A stretch of DNA of 64,000 nucleotides. Origin: an uncultured Gammaproteobacteria bacterium (GTDB lineage: Bacteria > Patescibacteriota > Microgenomatia > 2-02-FULL-39-11). The stretch lies in contig CAYIFB010000001.1 of the NCBI GenBank assembly GCA_964362665.1, forward strand, positions 48,308 through 112,307. The letters run 5' to 3'. A program made the translations under genes and the position numbers. The notes under the pieces are model-generated. The model worked only from the letters and a program-made list of their open reading frames with translations, was not told where the DNA came from and made no database searches. The stretch's first letter is position 1, and each line of letters begins with the position of its first letter. Shown piece after piece: positions 1 to 9,848 of this stretch.

Positions 1-2
1 CG

Positions 3-161
3 GATTCAAACGGCGTAAGGCAAAATGTTTCTGTCTGTTTCCTGCCTGAATCCAAATCTTTCTCTAATGATGCGAACTCTATTTATGGATCGAACGGAAT
101 TACAGCTGCAGGATGTCTAGGTACAGGTGGAACAACTGCATGTTATTGGTGTATTAAATAA
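3..161 (+). CDS. 3' end of an upstream ORF that runs off the window. The C-terminus is Gly/Thr/Cys-rich (…GITAAGCLGTGGTTACYWCIK*), and its stop overlaps the next ATG (TAATG).
   Basis: Manual translation of the frame ending at TAA 159-161. There is no stop between nt 3 and 159. Partial, so function unknown. Confidence 0.25.
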   Translation, partial: DSNGVRQNVSVCFLPESKSFSNDANSIYGSNGITAAGCLGTGGTTACYWCIK

Positions 162-2170
162 TGATGAGGCGGGTAATTAATTGGTGGGGATATATATTGA
201 TTTTGGTGATTATAGGAGGGGTATACCTCTATAGTCAAGTAAAGTCGATTTACGGAGGAGATGCGGGTGATCTGGTATCTGCGATAATTACACTGGGAAT
301 ACCCCACCCGCCAGGCTATCCTTTGTATACAATATTGGGAATAAATGCAGTCAAGATATTCCAATATTCTACAATGGCCTGGCGGGTGGGGTTAGTGTCT
401 TCTATTTCTTCTTTAATCTTTCTTTTAATTCTCTTTGATTCTTTATTTTATCTAACTCATAAAAAAATAATATCTTTAATTGCCGTACTAACTTTAGCCT
501 TCACATACCCCATTTGGTTATATTCGGTAACCGCAGAAGTTTTTGCCTTAAACAATTTAATAACGATTTCCCTAATCTGGACTTTTCTTCACTTATACAC
601 CGAAAAAAAGCAAAAATATTTATTATTATCTGCATTTTTATTCGGACTTGGTATATCTCATCATCATATTATTATTTTACTTATTCCTGCTCTCATATAT
701 TTATTATTTAAATCTGAGATTAGACTGACTTTCAGACTTATATTTAAGATTATAATCTTATTTCTTACAGGATTGACGCCTTATCTTTATGTATTTGTCG
801 CCAGTAAAAATACGCCTGAAGTCAATTGGATGGGGTCGCCAAATTTCTCCAATTTCCTTACATTGTTTACGCGAGCCGGATACGGGACATTCAGGATCGG
901 CAGCTTCACGGGATTTGATCCGCTTTCAAGAATATTAAACGTCTGGGCTCTCTTTGATTTTGCCTTCAAAGATTTCAGGATTGCAGGAATTGTACTAATG
1001 ATGTTCGGAATCTATCAGGCGTGGAGAAAACTCCGACGAATTTTCTGGTTTTTAACCATTTACTTATTAACTTACATATTTTTCATGTTCTACGCATCGT
1101 ATCCTTTAGTCGATAATTTTCTGGTGGCAACTTTTGAAAGGTTTGTCCAGCCTTTATATATAATTTTAAGCATTTTTATGGCCTTTGGCATGTGGTTTAT
1201 AACTGATTTCATATTAGATCATATTCCAAAAACTCTCGGAATTCATAAGTTGTCTAAGGTATTAATATATATGGAGTTAACTTTTTTTATATTACCTCTC
1301 GGTGTTTTTTTGATAAATTACCCAAAAATTTCAATTCTTAAAAATGATCTGACAGCTGAAAATTTAGCTTCAGATATCCTCGATACCCTTCCGCAAAATA
1401 GTATCTTAGTCTTATCGACTGATACCCCGCTTTTTGATACCCAGTATCTATATTACGCAAATAAAAAGAGACCTGATATAAAACTCATTCATCTTTCCAA
1501 GATGTATACACCCTTTTATCAGGATACGCTGAAAAAATATTATCCGGATATAAAATTTATTAACACTGCGGATTTAGACAGTCAAAAAATCATGACCCGT
1601 TTTATATTGGACAACTATGACCTGTTTCCGCTCTATTTTAAACAGGCATTAAAAATAGACGGCGGAAAGTTTATCCCTGAGGGGTTGTTATTCCGCGTAT
1701 ATAAAGACCAGGATATTCCCAAAGCCGAAGATACATTAAAACTTAACCAAAAGCTATGGCAGTCGTTTCACAATCCCCTTTCGGGGAGTTTAGGGAAGTA
1801 TCAGAATCTGATGCTCTCCGATGTTATAAAATATTACGCTTACGCCCATCAGGAATTCGGATTCTGGGCATCTAATCACATTTATCCGAAAGAAGCCGTT
1901 GAACATCTAGTAACTGCCGAAAAACTTTATCCTCAGGACAAGGACAGCTATACGATATTGGCTCAAGTCTACATTCTTGATAAAAAATGCGATTTGGCTG
2001 ATGATCAGTTAAATCACCTAATAGATCTTGAAAAAAATAGTTCTGAAGCGATTTATCTTAAAGCGATCAATTACTCAACTTGTTATAAAAATAAGGAGAA
2101 GGCCGAGTATTACCAGAACCTTTTTGAAAAGTCGAAACAAGATCAAGAAGTAAAATTAAAAAAATTGTAA
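161..2170 (+). CDS. Polytopic membrane protein, DUF2723/TMEM260-like GT-C glycosyltransferase N-terminal domain fused to C-terminal TPR repeats
   Basis: N-terminal motif GDAGDLVSAIITLGIPHPPGYPLY is typical of DUF2723, followed by many TM helices. The C-terminal ~200 aa is TPR-like (YAYAHQEFGFWASN…, LYPQDKDSYTILAQVY…). Confidence 0.5.
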   Translation: MMRRVINWWGYILILVIIGGVYLYSQVKSIYGGDAGDLVSAIITLGIPHPPGYPLYTILGINAVKIFQYSTMAWRVGLVSSISSLIFLLILFDSLFYLTHKKIISLIAVLTLAFTYPIWLYSVTAEVFALNNLITISLIWTFLHLYTEKKQKYLLLSAFLFGLGISHHHIIILLIPALIYLLFKSEIRLTFRLIFKIIILFLTGLTPYLYVFVASKNTPEVNWMGSPNFSNFLTLFTRAGYGTFRIGSFTGFDPLSRILNVWALFDFAFKDFRIAGIVLMMFGIYQAWRKLRRIFWFLTIYLLTYIFFMFYASYPLVDNFLVATFERFVQPLYIILSIFMAFGMWFITDFILDHIPKTLGIHKLSKVLIYMELTFFILPLGVFLINYPKISILKNDLTAENLASDILDTLPQNSILVLSTDTPLFDTQYLYYANKKRPDIKLIHLSKMYTPFYQDTLKKYYPDIKFINTADLDSQKIMTRFILDNYDLFPLYFKQALKIDGGKFIPEGLLFRVYKDQDIPKAEDTLKLNQKLWQSFHNPLSGSLGKYQNLMLSDVIKYYAYAHQEFGFWASNHIYPKEAVEHLVTAEKLYPQDKDSYTILAQVYILDKKCDLADDQLNHLIDLEKNSSEAIYLKAINYSTCYKNKEKAEYYQNLFEKSKQDQEVKLKKL

Positions 2171-4355
2171 GTCCTGAAAGTATTGTAATATTTTTTCCTA
2201 ATTCAAAAGATCGAGACCGATAAACAAAAGTTACATTATGTTGGCCTTTCTCCAAAGGAACTCCAATAAAGGTTAAATTTACATTATAAATCGGGATTTT
2301 GACATTATCGTCATAAGCAGACCACCCGGGGTAATTGTTATTATTCCACACAAGTATTGTTGGTTCAAGTGCGCTAACAACTACTTTTACACTTTGGTCA
2401 TTAACGATCAGATAATCTAATTTTGAATTAGTTTCTCTTGCGCTCAATTTATTATTAAGATTTATAATTTTGTCCTCTATAGCTATTTTATTTCGATCAT
2501 TCGACTCATATTTACTTAAATACATAAAAAAATCTTGCAGGGTAGTGACGTCTTGAGTTTCAGAGGATAGATAAAAATTATCGAGCGGATTCTCTAATTC
2601 ATAAACCAAAATTGAAGAGGTAGATATTGTTGCGGGGGCATTTATGGTGGTGATTAACCTGATATCCTGATCTTTAATTGGATATCCGGAAATCAAATAT
2701 TTTACGCCGGCTAATTTAAAGGCATTTTTTATACTATTATTTAAAGCAGCAGAATTTTTTTCACCATCGATTAATATATTTTTGGCAATATCTGTATAAA
2801 TTGTGATTCTTCTCGGAAAAAGTCCTGTAGTACTGTTGAATTGAGGAATATCAAAAATAAGATTATAGTTCGGATGTAAATAGTTAGTGAAAAAAACATA
2901 CGGTTCGATGTTTGTCCATCCTTTGTGTAAAAAAATATCATTCCATTTGAGGGAACTCCTCAGAGTGACGATTTTGTTATTATTTCCTTTTATAATATCG
3001 AGGACTTGAGGCTCTGTAATCCAAAGAGAAGCTTTACTGACTGGCGGATAGCGGTATGAAAACATGAATTCATCCGTAACGATAATCATTAAAAAAAGAA
3101 AATATAAGATATACACAAATAAAACTTTTTTTCTTGATCTGAAATAAATGAAAATATTTTCCAAAGTGATGGCGGATAGATATGTAAGAGAAATTATGGT
3201 AAGGATGAGGTAACGTGAAGGAACTCTAAAAAAATTGAAAGGCGGAAATGTAAAAATAAGATATAAAGGAGAATATTTACCGGTGATAAAAAGCAAACTT
3301 ACCAGTAAAAGTATCACAAATAATAGTACCCGTCGTTTTTTTAAGTAAAAAAGGCTGAAAAAAGCCAAAATTAAAGGAAGTAGGCCTAAATACGCCGTAT
3401 TTTCCCAAAAGATTCCCCAATCTTCAGAAAATCCGGGATATGTGCCAAGACCCGGAGAGCCGAATAAATAAGGCTTAAGGAAAGTTAGAAGATGTTTTGG
3501 CGGATAAGGGAAGGCTGTAGAATTTTCGAAGCTCAGTCCCCCGCTATGGGTTGATAGTTTTACGAGTTCCAAGGTAGGCAACAGCTGTATAGCTGATAAT
3601 AGAATGGCAAACACAAAGGATGTACTAAGGATTAAGATGCGTCTGAATAAATATTTATCTCTAAATCCCTTATATATGAGAAACTCGTATAAAATTAAAA
3701 ATAGAATGACAATAAAAAGCGATATAAAAAAGATAGTGACATAGCCGGCAAAAAATTGTTCGGCGGTAAGTAGTGACAGGAAGCACATATTTCTTAAGCT
3801 CGGCCGCCGCCAGACCCTAAAACATGAAGCCCAAAGGAGAGGCGTCAATGAAACTGTTTGGAGAAGATTCAGATGATTCAGGTGAACACTGAAAAATCCG
3901 GAGAAGGTTAGTATGGTGCTGGCAAGACTTGATGTCAGCGGGGAAAACTTAAACATTCTGAATAAATAATATGTGCCAATCGCCAGCAATATATAGGACA
4001 AAACATAACTTAAATTATAAGCATAAATAAAAGGCAGAAATTTAAAAAGAAGAAGGTTCGGTAGGTAAAAAGTCCCTATCTGGCCTTCTGCAAGAAGTGG
4101 AAATCCATTGGCTATTTTGTTTGTCCAAAGAGGCCACGTATCGTTCTTCAACGACTGACTCAGAAAATTTTTTAAGGGAAGATTATAGTTTAAGACATCG
4201 CTTTCCCCGAAATCCGGAATCATAAAAATAGAAGGTTGAGGGAAAAACAATCTGAAGAAAAATACGACAATCAGGATTAACGGGACGCTAATCGGAAGAA
4301 TTTTATGTATGAAAATGCCGATACTTGACATGAAATTAGCACTTTTATTTTTCAT
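2067..4355 (-). CDS. Large polytopic membrane protein, YfhO-like (GT-C-like membrane glycosyltransferase family)
   Basis: 762 aa with about 12 TM segments. The N-terminal region (…WPLWTNKIANGFPLLAEGQIGTFYLPN…) resembles YfhO-family motifs. It overlaps the previous ORF convergently by ~100 nt, so one C-terminus may be over-extended. Confidence 0.45.
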   Translation of the reverse strand: MKNKSANFMSSIGIFIHKILPISVPLILIVVFFFRLFFPQPSIFMIPDFGESDVLNYNLPLKNFLSQSLKNDTWPLWTNKIANGFPLLAEGQIGTFYLPNLLLFKFLPFIYAYNLSYVLSYILLAIGTYYLFRMFKFSPLTSSLASTILTFSGFFSVHLNHLNLLQTVSLTPLLWASCFRVWRRPSLRNMCFLSLLTAEQFFAGYVTIFFISLFIVILFLILYEFLIYKGFRDKYLFRRILILSTSFVFAILLSAIQLLPTLELVKLSTHSGGLSFENSTAFPYPPKHLLTFLKPYLFGSPGLGTYPGFSEDWGIFWENTAYLGLLPLILAFFSLFYLKKRRVLLFVILLLVSLLFITGKYSPLYLIFTFPPFNFFRVPSRYLILTIISLTYLSAITLENIFIYFRSRKKVLFVYILYFLFLMIIVTDEFMFSYRYPPVSKASLWITEPQVLDIIKGNNNKIVTLRSSLKWNDIFLHKGWTNIEPYVFFTNYLHPNYNLIFDIPQFNSTTGLFPRRITIYTDIAKNILIDGEKNSAALNNSIKNAFKLAGVKYLISGYPIKDQDIRLITTINAPATISTSSILVYELENPLDNFYLSSETQDVTTLQDFFMYLSKYESNDRNKIAIEDKIINLNNKLSARETNSKLDYLIVNDQSVKVVVSALEPTILVWNNNNYPGWSAYDDNVKIPIYNVNLTFIGVPLEKGQHNVTFVYRSRSFELGKNITILSGLTIFLILLLDLVSTFQKGSGNTRPSPYFYNKLSN

Positions 4356-4446
4356 GATTATTCTTTATATGAGTTAGTTTAAATAACTAAATGAATTGTA
4401 TTATATAATAATTTAAGAACGATGGTTTATTGGAAAAACTGTTAAG

Positions 4447-5676
4447 ATGACTAAACACACGGGTTTGTTCATATTTATTATTATATTGTTTGTTTACCTT
4501 TTTTTTGCCGGCAGATTTAAATTTTCCTTCCCGAAAACCAACCGCGATTATTTTACCAGACTCTCTTATTCTTTTTTACAGGGAAGGTTAGATATACCGG
4601 ATCCCGGATATACTCCCAATGATTTATCCTATTACCATGGAAAGTACTATCTTTATTGGGGCCCTGTACCAGCAATGCTTCTCATGCCGATAATTTATTT
4701 ACTAGGTACAAATGTAAGCGATATATTGTATACCGTACTGTTTGGTTCGATAAATGCCCTACTGATTTACCTTTTATTTCTGGAATTTCAGATATTTAAT
4801 AAATTAATTATATCTAAAAGCATTATTTTACTATTAACACTTTGCTTTTCACTCGGGACAATTCATTTCTATTTATCTGTTCTTGGAACTGTTTGGTTTA
4901 CATCACAAATTCTTACTTTAACCTTATATATCATTTCTTTATTTTTTTTATTTAAACACCTGAATAAAAGAAACTATTCATATGCGTTTTTAAGTATCTT
5001 TTTTCTTGGTGCGAGTACTCTAGGAAAATATACTTTCTTGTTGTCATTTCCTCTCCATTTTGGACTTTTGTATAAATACAACAGATTATCCTATTTAAAT
5101 ATTGTTAAGCTAATAATGGTATTTCTCGTATTTATCGTCATGACGCTCATCTATAACTATTTTAGGTTTGGTTCAGTATTTAGTAACGGACTTACTTACA
5201 TGCAGGTACATTCCCGTTTTTTTCAAGATTTACAAAATCTCGGTTATTTTAACATTAATTACATTTTCAGGAATATTTATTATTTATTTCTAATCCCTCT
5301 CCAGTTTAGGATTCAAAAACCTTTTATCCTTCCTGATCCGAACGGAAATAGTATTTTCTACACTACACCTATTTTTATTTTACTTCTTTACGGGGCTTTT
5401 AAAAAATATTTTTATGCGAGAAAACAGATGTTTTATTATTTAGGTATTACTGTATTATTGATGCTGCTGCCAGTGCTTCTTTATTATGGCGGTGGTTGGT
5501 ATCAATGGGGTTACCGGTATGCGCTGGATGTCTATCCCCTGCTCTTTTTACTTCTTCTACTTATAATTAATAAATATAGTAATAAAGTTATCTTTACTTT
5601 AGTAACTTTATCAATACTGATTAATTTATACGGTACTCTGTGGATGATGGAGTTTGCCAAACATGCTTATTTCTGA
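4447..5676 (+). CDS. Polytopic membrane protein, GT39/ArnT/PMT-like glycosyltransferase
   Basis: 409 aa, multi-TM, with a conserved-looking loop YYHGKYYLYWGPVPAMLLMP. Family assignment by eye only. Confidence 0.4.
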   Translation: MTKHTGLFIFIIILFVYLFFAGRFKFSFPKTNRDYFTRLSYSFLQGRLDIPDPGYTPNDLSYYHGKYYLYWGPVPAMLLMPIIYLLGTNVSDILYTVLFGSINALLIYLLFLEFQIFNKLIISKSIILLLTLCFSLGTIHFYLSVLGTVWFTSQILTLTLYIISLFFLFKHLNKRNYSYAFLSIFFLGASTLGKYTFLLSFPLHFGLLYKYNRLSYLNIVKLIMVFLVFIVMTLIYNYFRFGSVFSNGLTYMQVHSRFFQDLQNLGYFNINYIFRNIYYLFLIPLQFRIQKPFILPDPNGNSIFYTTPIFILLLYGAFKKYFYARKQMFYYLGITVLLMLLPVLLYYGGGWYQWGYRYALDVYPLLFLLLLLIINKYSNKVIFTLVTLSILINLYGTLWMMEFAKHAYF

Positions 5677-6463
5677 CATATTTAATTATATGAATTTAAT
5701 CATTATATTTTTACTCGGTTTATCCATCGGGTCATTTCTCAACGTCCTTATCGACCGGTTGCCTGCAGGCGAATCCATTTGGATAGACAGGTCGCATTGT
5801 GATAGTTGCCGTAAAACCTTAAACTGGTATGATCTTATACCTGTCATATCATTTATCATTCTCCAAAGAAAATGCAGGAATTGCCATAAAAAGATCTCCT
5901 GGCAGTATCCTCTGGTGGAGGCAGCCACAGGACTCTTTTTCCTTTTTACATATGTATCGATGATTCGAATCACTGGTACAGATTTAACTGTTCCACACTT
6001 AATTTATTATTTAATACTTGTGGCTAGTTTAATAGCAATTTTTGTAACAGATTTGAAATACAGGATTATCCCCGATCAGATTCTGATTTTTCTGACTATT
6101 TTGACCGTGGTATACCAGTTTATTTATTTTCCTCAGTTTATTAAAGATAATCTTATCTCAGGAATTATCAGCTTGTTATTTTTTTTAATGCTGGTCATTA
6201 TTACCCGGGGCAAAGGCATGGGACTCGGGGACGTCAAACTGGCATTTGTCATGGGCCTGCTTCTTGGATTTCCTAAAATAATAGTCGCGCTTTACCTGTC
6301 TTTCTTGACAGGGGCAGTTGTTTCGCTGATACTTATATTGATTCATAAAAAATCCATGAAAAGTACTATCGCTTTTGGACCTTTTCTCGTATTTTCCACC
6401 CTGACGACGATCTTTTACGGCAATTATTTCTGGCAACTTTTCCAAAAGATTTTTACTTTATGA
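5654..6463 (+). CDS. pilD: Type IV prepilin leader peptidase (peptidase A24, PilD-like)
   Basis: N-terminal TM helix followed by the tetracysteine motif CDSCRKTL…CRNCHKKISWQYPLVE. The multi-TM A24 domain carries GDVKL. It sits directly upstream of 7 pilin genes. Confidence 0.85.
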   Translation: MPNMLISDIFNYMNLIIIFLLGLSIGSFLNVLIDRLPAGESIWIDRSHCDSCRKTLNWYDLIPVISFIILQRKCRNCHKKISWQYPLVEAATGLFFLFTYVSMIRITGTDLTVPHLIYYLILVASLIAIFVTDLKYRIIPDQILIFLTILTVVYQFIYFPQFIKDNLISGIISLLFFLMLVIITRGKGMGLGDVKLAFVMGLLLGFPKIIVALYLSFLTGAVVSLILILIHKKSMKSTIAFGPFLVFSTLTTIFYGNYFWQLFQKIFTL

Positions 6464-6936
6464 GAAAACGCTTAAGCATAAAAGGCAATCAATATAAATT
6501 AAATTCAGGCTTTACACTTCTGGAGCTTATAATTGTCATGGTGATTATTGCCATTCTTGCGTCTGCTATCTGGGGAAACTTTTTTACATCTCTCACCAAA
6601 TCCAGAGACTCTAAGAGGAAACAGGATTTGGATCTAATCGCCAAATCTTTGGATATTTATTATAACGATAATAAAACATACCCCACTTCCCTACCCGATC
6701 CCGGTAATCCTTTTTTTAATCCAGTGGTGACAGGAGTATTATATATGCAGAAAATTCCGGCAGATCCTTCGTATCCTGATGCGACTTACTGCTATCCGAC
6801 AATTGCTGAAGGTTCAAATGCCTTTAAATTATATGCAAAACTGGAAAATTCACTGGATTCAAAAATCATACCTACTGTCTCCTGTAATAATGTAAACTAT
6901 AATTACGGTATTTCAAGTTCCAATACTACGCCATGA
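6460..6936 (+). CDS. Type IV pilin / pseudopilin (prepilin-type N-terminal cleavage/methylation domain)
   Basis: Leader plus G|FTLLELIIVMVIIAILA class III signal peptide. ATGA overlap with pilD stop. Confidence 0.8.
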   Translation: MRKRLSIKGNQYKLNSGFTLLELIIVMVIIAILASAIWGNFFTSLTKSRDSKRKQDLDLIAKSLDIYYNDNKTYPTSLPDPGNPFFNPVVTGVLYMQKIPADPSYPDATYCYPTIAEGSNAFKLYAKLENSLDSKIIPTVSCNNVNYNYGISSSNTTP

Positions 6937-7427
6937 GAAATAAATATCAAATAAATAAGAACGGTTTTACCCTGGTTGAGCTTCTGGTCGTTATTGGAAT
7001 TATCACCATGATTACGGCACTTCTTTTTCCCAATTTTATGGGAGCAAGGCAAAGGGCGAGGGACAGCCAGAGAAAAACTGACTTGAAGCAAATTCAGGGA
7101 GCGGTTGAGCTTTATAAATTGGACCAAAATCCTCCGGCTTATCCCAGCGGCAGTTATTTTGCCACGACCATGTGCCGAAAATGTTGGAGCTCAGCAGGAA
7201 GCTCAGACACTTGTCCTAACGGCAGTAATGTTTACATGAACAAGTTTTCCTGCGATCCCGGAACTAATGCCAATTCACCATATTTATATAATCGCGACCT
7301 AAATGATACATTAAAATATACGCTCACGGCTTGTCTGGAAAATCTGGTTGATCCCGACCGTGATCCAACTCCGGTTGCCGCTTGTGTAACCCCGGGGTAT
7401 GCGAGTTATACTGTAAATGAACCATGA
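6933..7427 (+). CDS. Type IV pilin / pseudopilin
   Basis: KNGFTLVELLVVIGIITMI prepilin motif. Cys-rich C-terminal domain. ATGA coupling. Confidence 0.8.
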   Translation: MRNKYQINKNGFTLVELLVVIGIITMITALLFPNFMGARQRARDSQRKTDLKQIQGAVELYKLDQNPPAYPSGSYFATTMCRKCWSSAGSSDTCPNGSNVYMNKFSCDPGTNANSPYLYNRDLNDTLKYTLTACLENLVDPDRDPTPVAACVTPGYASYTVNEP

Positions 7428-7831
7428 ATAATAAATTGAAACAGGGATTTACACTAATGGAACTTCTAGTGGTGATTTCGATCATTGCCATACTTGTAAC
7501 CATCGGCTTGACCAGTTTTTCTACCGCACAAAAAAAAGCCAGAGATTCCAAAAGAAAAAGCGATATCAAAGAAGTGCAAAATTCTCTGGAACAGTATTAC
7601 AGCGTCTGCGGATCTCAATACCCCGTCCCCACAGATTTTTATGCGCAAGGAATTGTTTGCAGTTTACCGAGCTTAGCGATTATGCCGACAGTACCAACCG
7701 ATCCGAGAGGAACGCCGCCTTATTATTGCCCAACACCGGCAGCTACAAATTGCACATCAACTGGGTATCAAATTTGTGCAAGTCTTGAAAGTGAAACTCC
7801 GGCAGCATTTTGTGTATCTAATCAGCAATGA
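7424..7831 (+). CDS. Type IV pilin / pseudopilin
   Basis: KQGFTLMELLVVISIIAIL prepilin motif. Cys pairs in the C-terminal domain. Confidence 0.8.
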   Translation: MNNKLKQGFTLMELLVVISIIAILVTIGLTSFSTAQKKARDSKRKSDIKEVQNSLEQYYSVCGSQYPVPTDFYAQGIVCSLPSLAIMPTVPTDPRGTPPYYCPTPAATNCTSTGYQICASLESETPAAFCVSNQQ

Positions 7832-8298
7832 TTACAATATCCAATATCCAATATCCAATTTCCAATTCAGAAAAAATTATTAAATCTGAAAAGTCCTGTG
7901 GTTTTACCATGATAGAAATTCTGGTGACTGCTACGATCATAGGACTTTTGTCTACCATCGGTATTAGTGGTTTCCAGGCTATTACCAGAAGCGGCAGGGA
8001 TGCCCTGCGAAAATCAGATCTGGAGCAAATAAGGTCAGCTTTAGAAATTTATAAGTCTGAAAACCAGAAATATCCCACTGTTTCTTCATGCAACGCAGTT
8101 TTGACGACTGATTATATCAATCCTTACCCTACAGATCCCAGTAAAACAACCTACAAATATTGTTACGTTCCAGCAGCGGAACCTGCTTTAACCTATAAAT
8201 TATGTGCTCATTTGGAGAATGGTGATTCCATTACGGATAATTGCGATAGCGGATCTAATTGTATAGGTAATTGCAATTATCAGTTGACAAACCCTTGA
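7828..8298 (+). CDS. Type IV pilin / pseudopilin with unusually long leader
   Basis: …KSCGFTMIEILVTATIIGLL prepilin motif preceded by a ~26-aa leader. The 5' end contains a 7-bp tandem repeat (CCAATAT)n. Confidence 0.7.
   Translation: MITISNIQYPISNSEKIIKSEKSCGFTMIEILVTATIIGLLSTIGISGFQAITRSGRDALRKSDLEQIRSALEIYKSENQKYPTVSSCNAVLTTDYINPYPTDPSKTTYKYCYVPAAEPALTYKLCAHLENGDSITDNCDSGSNCIGNCNYQLTNP
7833..7867 (+). repeat. Imperfect heptanucleotide tandem repeat (CCAATAT x3, then CCAATTT, CCAATTC) inside the 5' leader-coding part of a pilin gene
   Basis: Read directly: acaatat ccaatat ccaatat ccaattt ccaattc. Confidence 0.6.
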
Positions 8299-8816
8299 TG
8301 AAAATTTCAAAATTTTCCGGTTATACTCTCATCGAAGTTTTAATAAGTGTGGCGGTAATTTTTATAATTGTCAGCGTCACTTTTGCAGGTTATGCCCGCT
8401 TGAATCAAAGACAGACTTTGATTTCCGCCGGACAGACGATGAAAAATATACTGCGTGACGCACAATCCCGCGCCTATACAAGTGAGGTGGATTGCAGTGT
8501 CTGTAACTGCAGTGTTGGTTCTTCGATAAATTCGGTAGGATGGTATGCAGATTTTTCTCCCTCTGAACAAAAGATTTATGGAAATTGCGGAGATAATAAA
8601 GATTTTTCTGCTAAAAACTTTGGATTACCCGATGGAATTTCGATAAATGCTTCACCGGTGACTAAAATTTTATTCCGCAGTAGACCCTTGGGAGTTGATA
8701 ATCCAGTGACTGTCTGTCTGACATTAAATTATTTAACCAATAATTATTATAAAATTACCGTTGGACCAAGCGGGGAAATATCGGACAGCGCAGGTTTGGT
8801 GGATACATGTCCTTAA
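8271..8816 (+). CDS. Type IV pilin / pseudopilin
   Basis: FSGYTLIEVLISVAVIFIIV prepilin motif. Confidence 0.75.
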   Translation: MQLSVDKPLMKISKFSGYTLIEVLISVAVIFIIVSVTFAGYARLNQRQTLISAGQTMKNILRDAQSRAYTSEVDCSVCNCSVGSSINSVGWYADFSPSEQKIYGNCGDNKDFSAKNFGLPDGISINASPVTKILFRSRPLGVDNPVTVCLTLNYLTNNYYKITVGPSGEISDSAGLVDTCP

Positions 8817-8828
8817 AAAACTGTCAAA

Positions 8829-9311
8829 ATGAAAAAAATTTCCACTTATGCTATTTCTTTAAGTTCCGGACAGACTATTATTGAAGTTGTGATCGCTTTA
8901 TCCCTCATCATACTTTTTTTGTCAGGGGTGGTCATTGTGGAGCTCATTTCCATAAAAAATGTCCAGTATTCCCAGAATAAAAGTATTGCGACCTCACTTG
9001 CCCGACAGCAGATAGAGAGAGCCAGGGTTATCCGCGATTCTGTCGGAATCGGTGCCTTGGACACTTGTATGAATAATTGTTTCATCAATAATAATTTGAC
9101 TCCCGTACCTGTCAGTCCGACGGGCGTATATGGTCAGAACTTGAAACTGACCGCGGTTACTGAGTTTGATTGTCCGATTCCTGATGTCACAATTACCCCG
9201 ATGCCAACCTCATATAAAGCAGTTTCTACCGTGAACTGGGGGTCTGGAACAACCAACGTTACGCCTGCACCGGAACTTAGCGTCTCATCATGTATTACAG
9301 ACTGGAGATAG
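8829..9311 (+). CDS. Pilin-like protein (degenerate prepilin motif)
   Basis: SGQTIIEVVIALSLIILF hydrophobic N-terminus resembling the pilin methylation domain. Part of the pilin operon. Confidence 0.55.
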   Translation: MKKISTYAISLSSGQTIIEVVIALSLIILFLSGVVIVELISIKNVQYSQNKSIATSLARQQIERARVIRDSVGIGALDTCMNNCFINNNLTPVPVSPTGVYGQNLKLTAVTEFDCPIPDVTITPMPTSYKAVSTVNWGSGTTNVTPAPELSVSSCITDWR

Positions 9312-9312
9312 T

Positions 9313-9846
9313 ATGCGAAAATTTCACATAAAAAAATTTGGCTTTTCCATGATAGAACTTTTGGTGGTGGTGGCTCTGATTGGAATTATCGGCACGATTA
9401 CCACGCAGGTTTTTATCCTGGCACTCCAGACACAGGTGAAAAGTGAAATCATCAAGGAGGTCAAACAAAACGGCGATTACGCTTTGACGGTGATGGAATC
9501 TATGGTCAGAAATTCTACAGACATTCTTGCCGCTTCCTGTAACGAGACATCTCAACAGCTTTCCATCCAGAATGCCGACGGATATACTACAATCTTTGAT
9601 TGTACAGATGCCAATATATCATCCATCAGCGGTAGTCTGGAGCCACTTCCTACCGGGGCTCCTTTAACTAATTCCAAGGTAAAAGTTTCTGCTTGCACGT
9701 TTCGAGTCATCTGCCCTACCCCGCCGATCAACCCCAAATATGTCTATATCGAGTATACCGTCAGCCAGGCAGGGGCAGGGACAGGCCCCAAGGATACATC
9801 AAGCCTGAATTACCAGACCACGGTTTCTCTGAGGAATTATCAGTAG
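9313..9846 (+). CDS. Type IV pilin / pseudopilin (last gene of the array)
   Basis: KKFGFSMIELLVVVALIGIIGTI prepilin motif. Its last 102 nt are duplicated downstream at 10786-10887. Confidence 0.8.
   Translation: MRKFHIKKFGFSMIELLVVVALIGIIGTITTQVFILALQTQVKSEIIKEVKQNGDYALTVMESMVRNSTDILAASCNETSQQLSIQNADGYTTIFDCTDANISSISGSLEPLPTGAPLTNSKVKVSACTFRVICPTPPINPKYVYIEYTVSQAGAGTGPKDTSSLNYQTTVSLRNYQ
9744..9845 (+). repeat. Left copy of a perfect 102-bp direct repeat (3' end of the pilin gene)
   Basis: The identical 102-nt string ctatatcgagtataccgtcagccagg…gaggaattatcagta recurs at 10786-10887. The copies differ only at the next base (TAG vs TAA stop). Confidence 0.9.
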
Positions 9847-9848
9847 AA

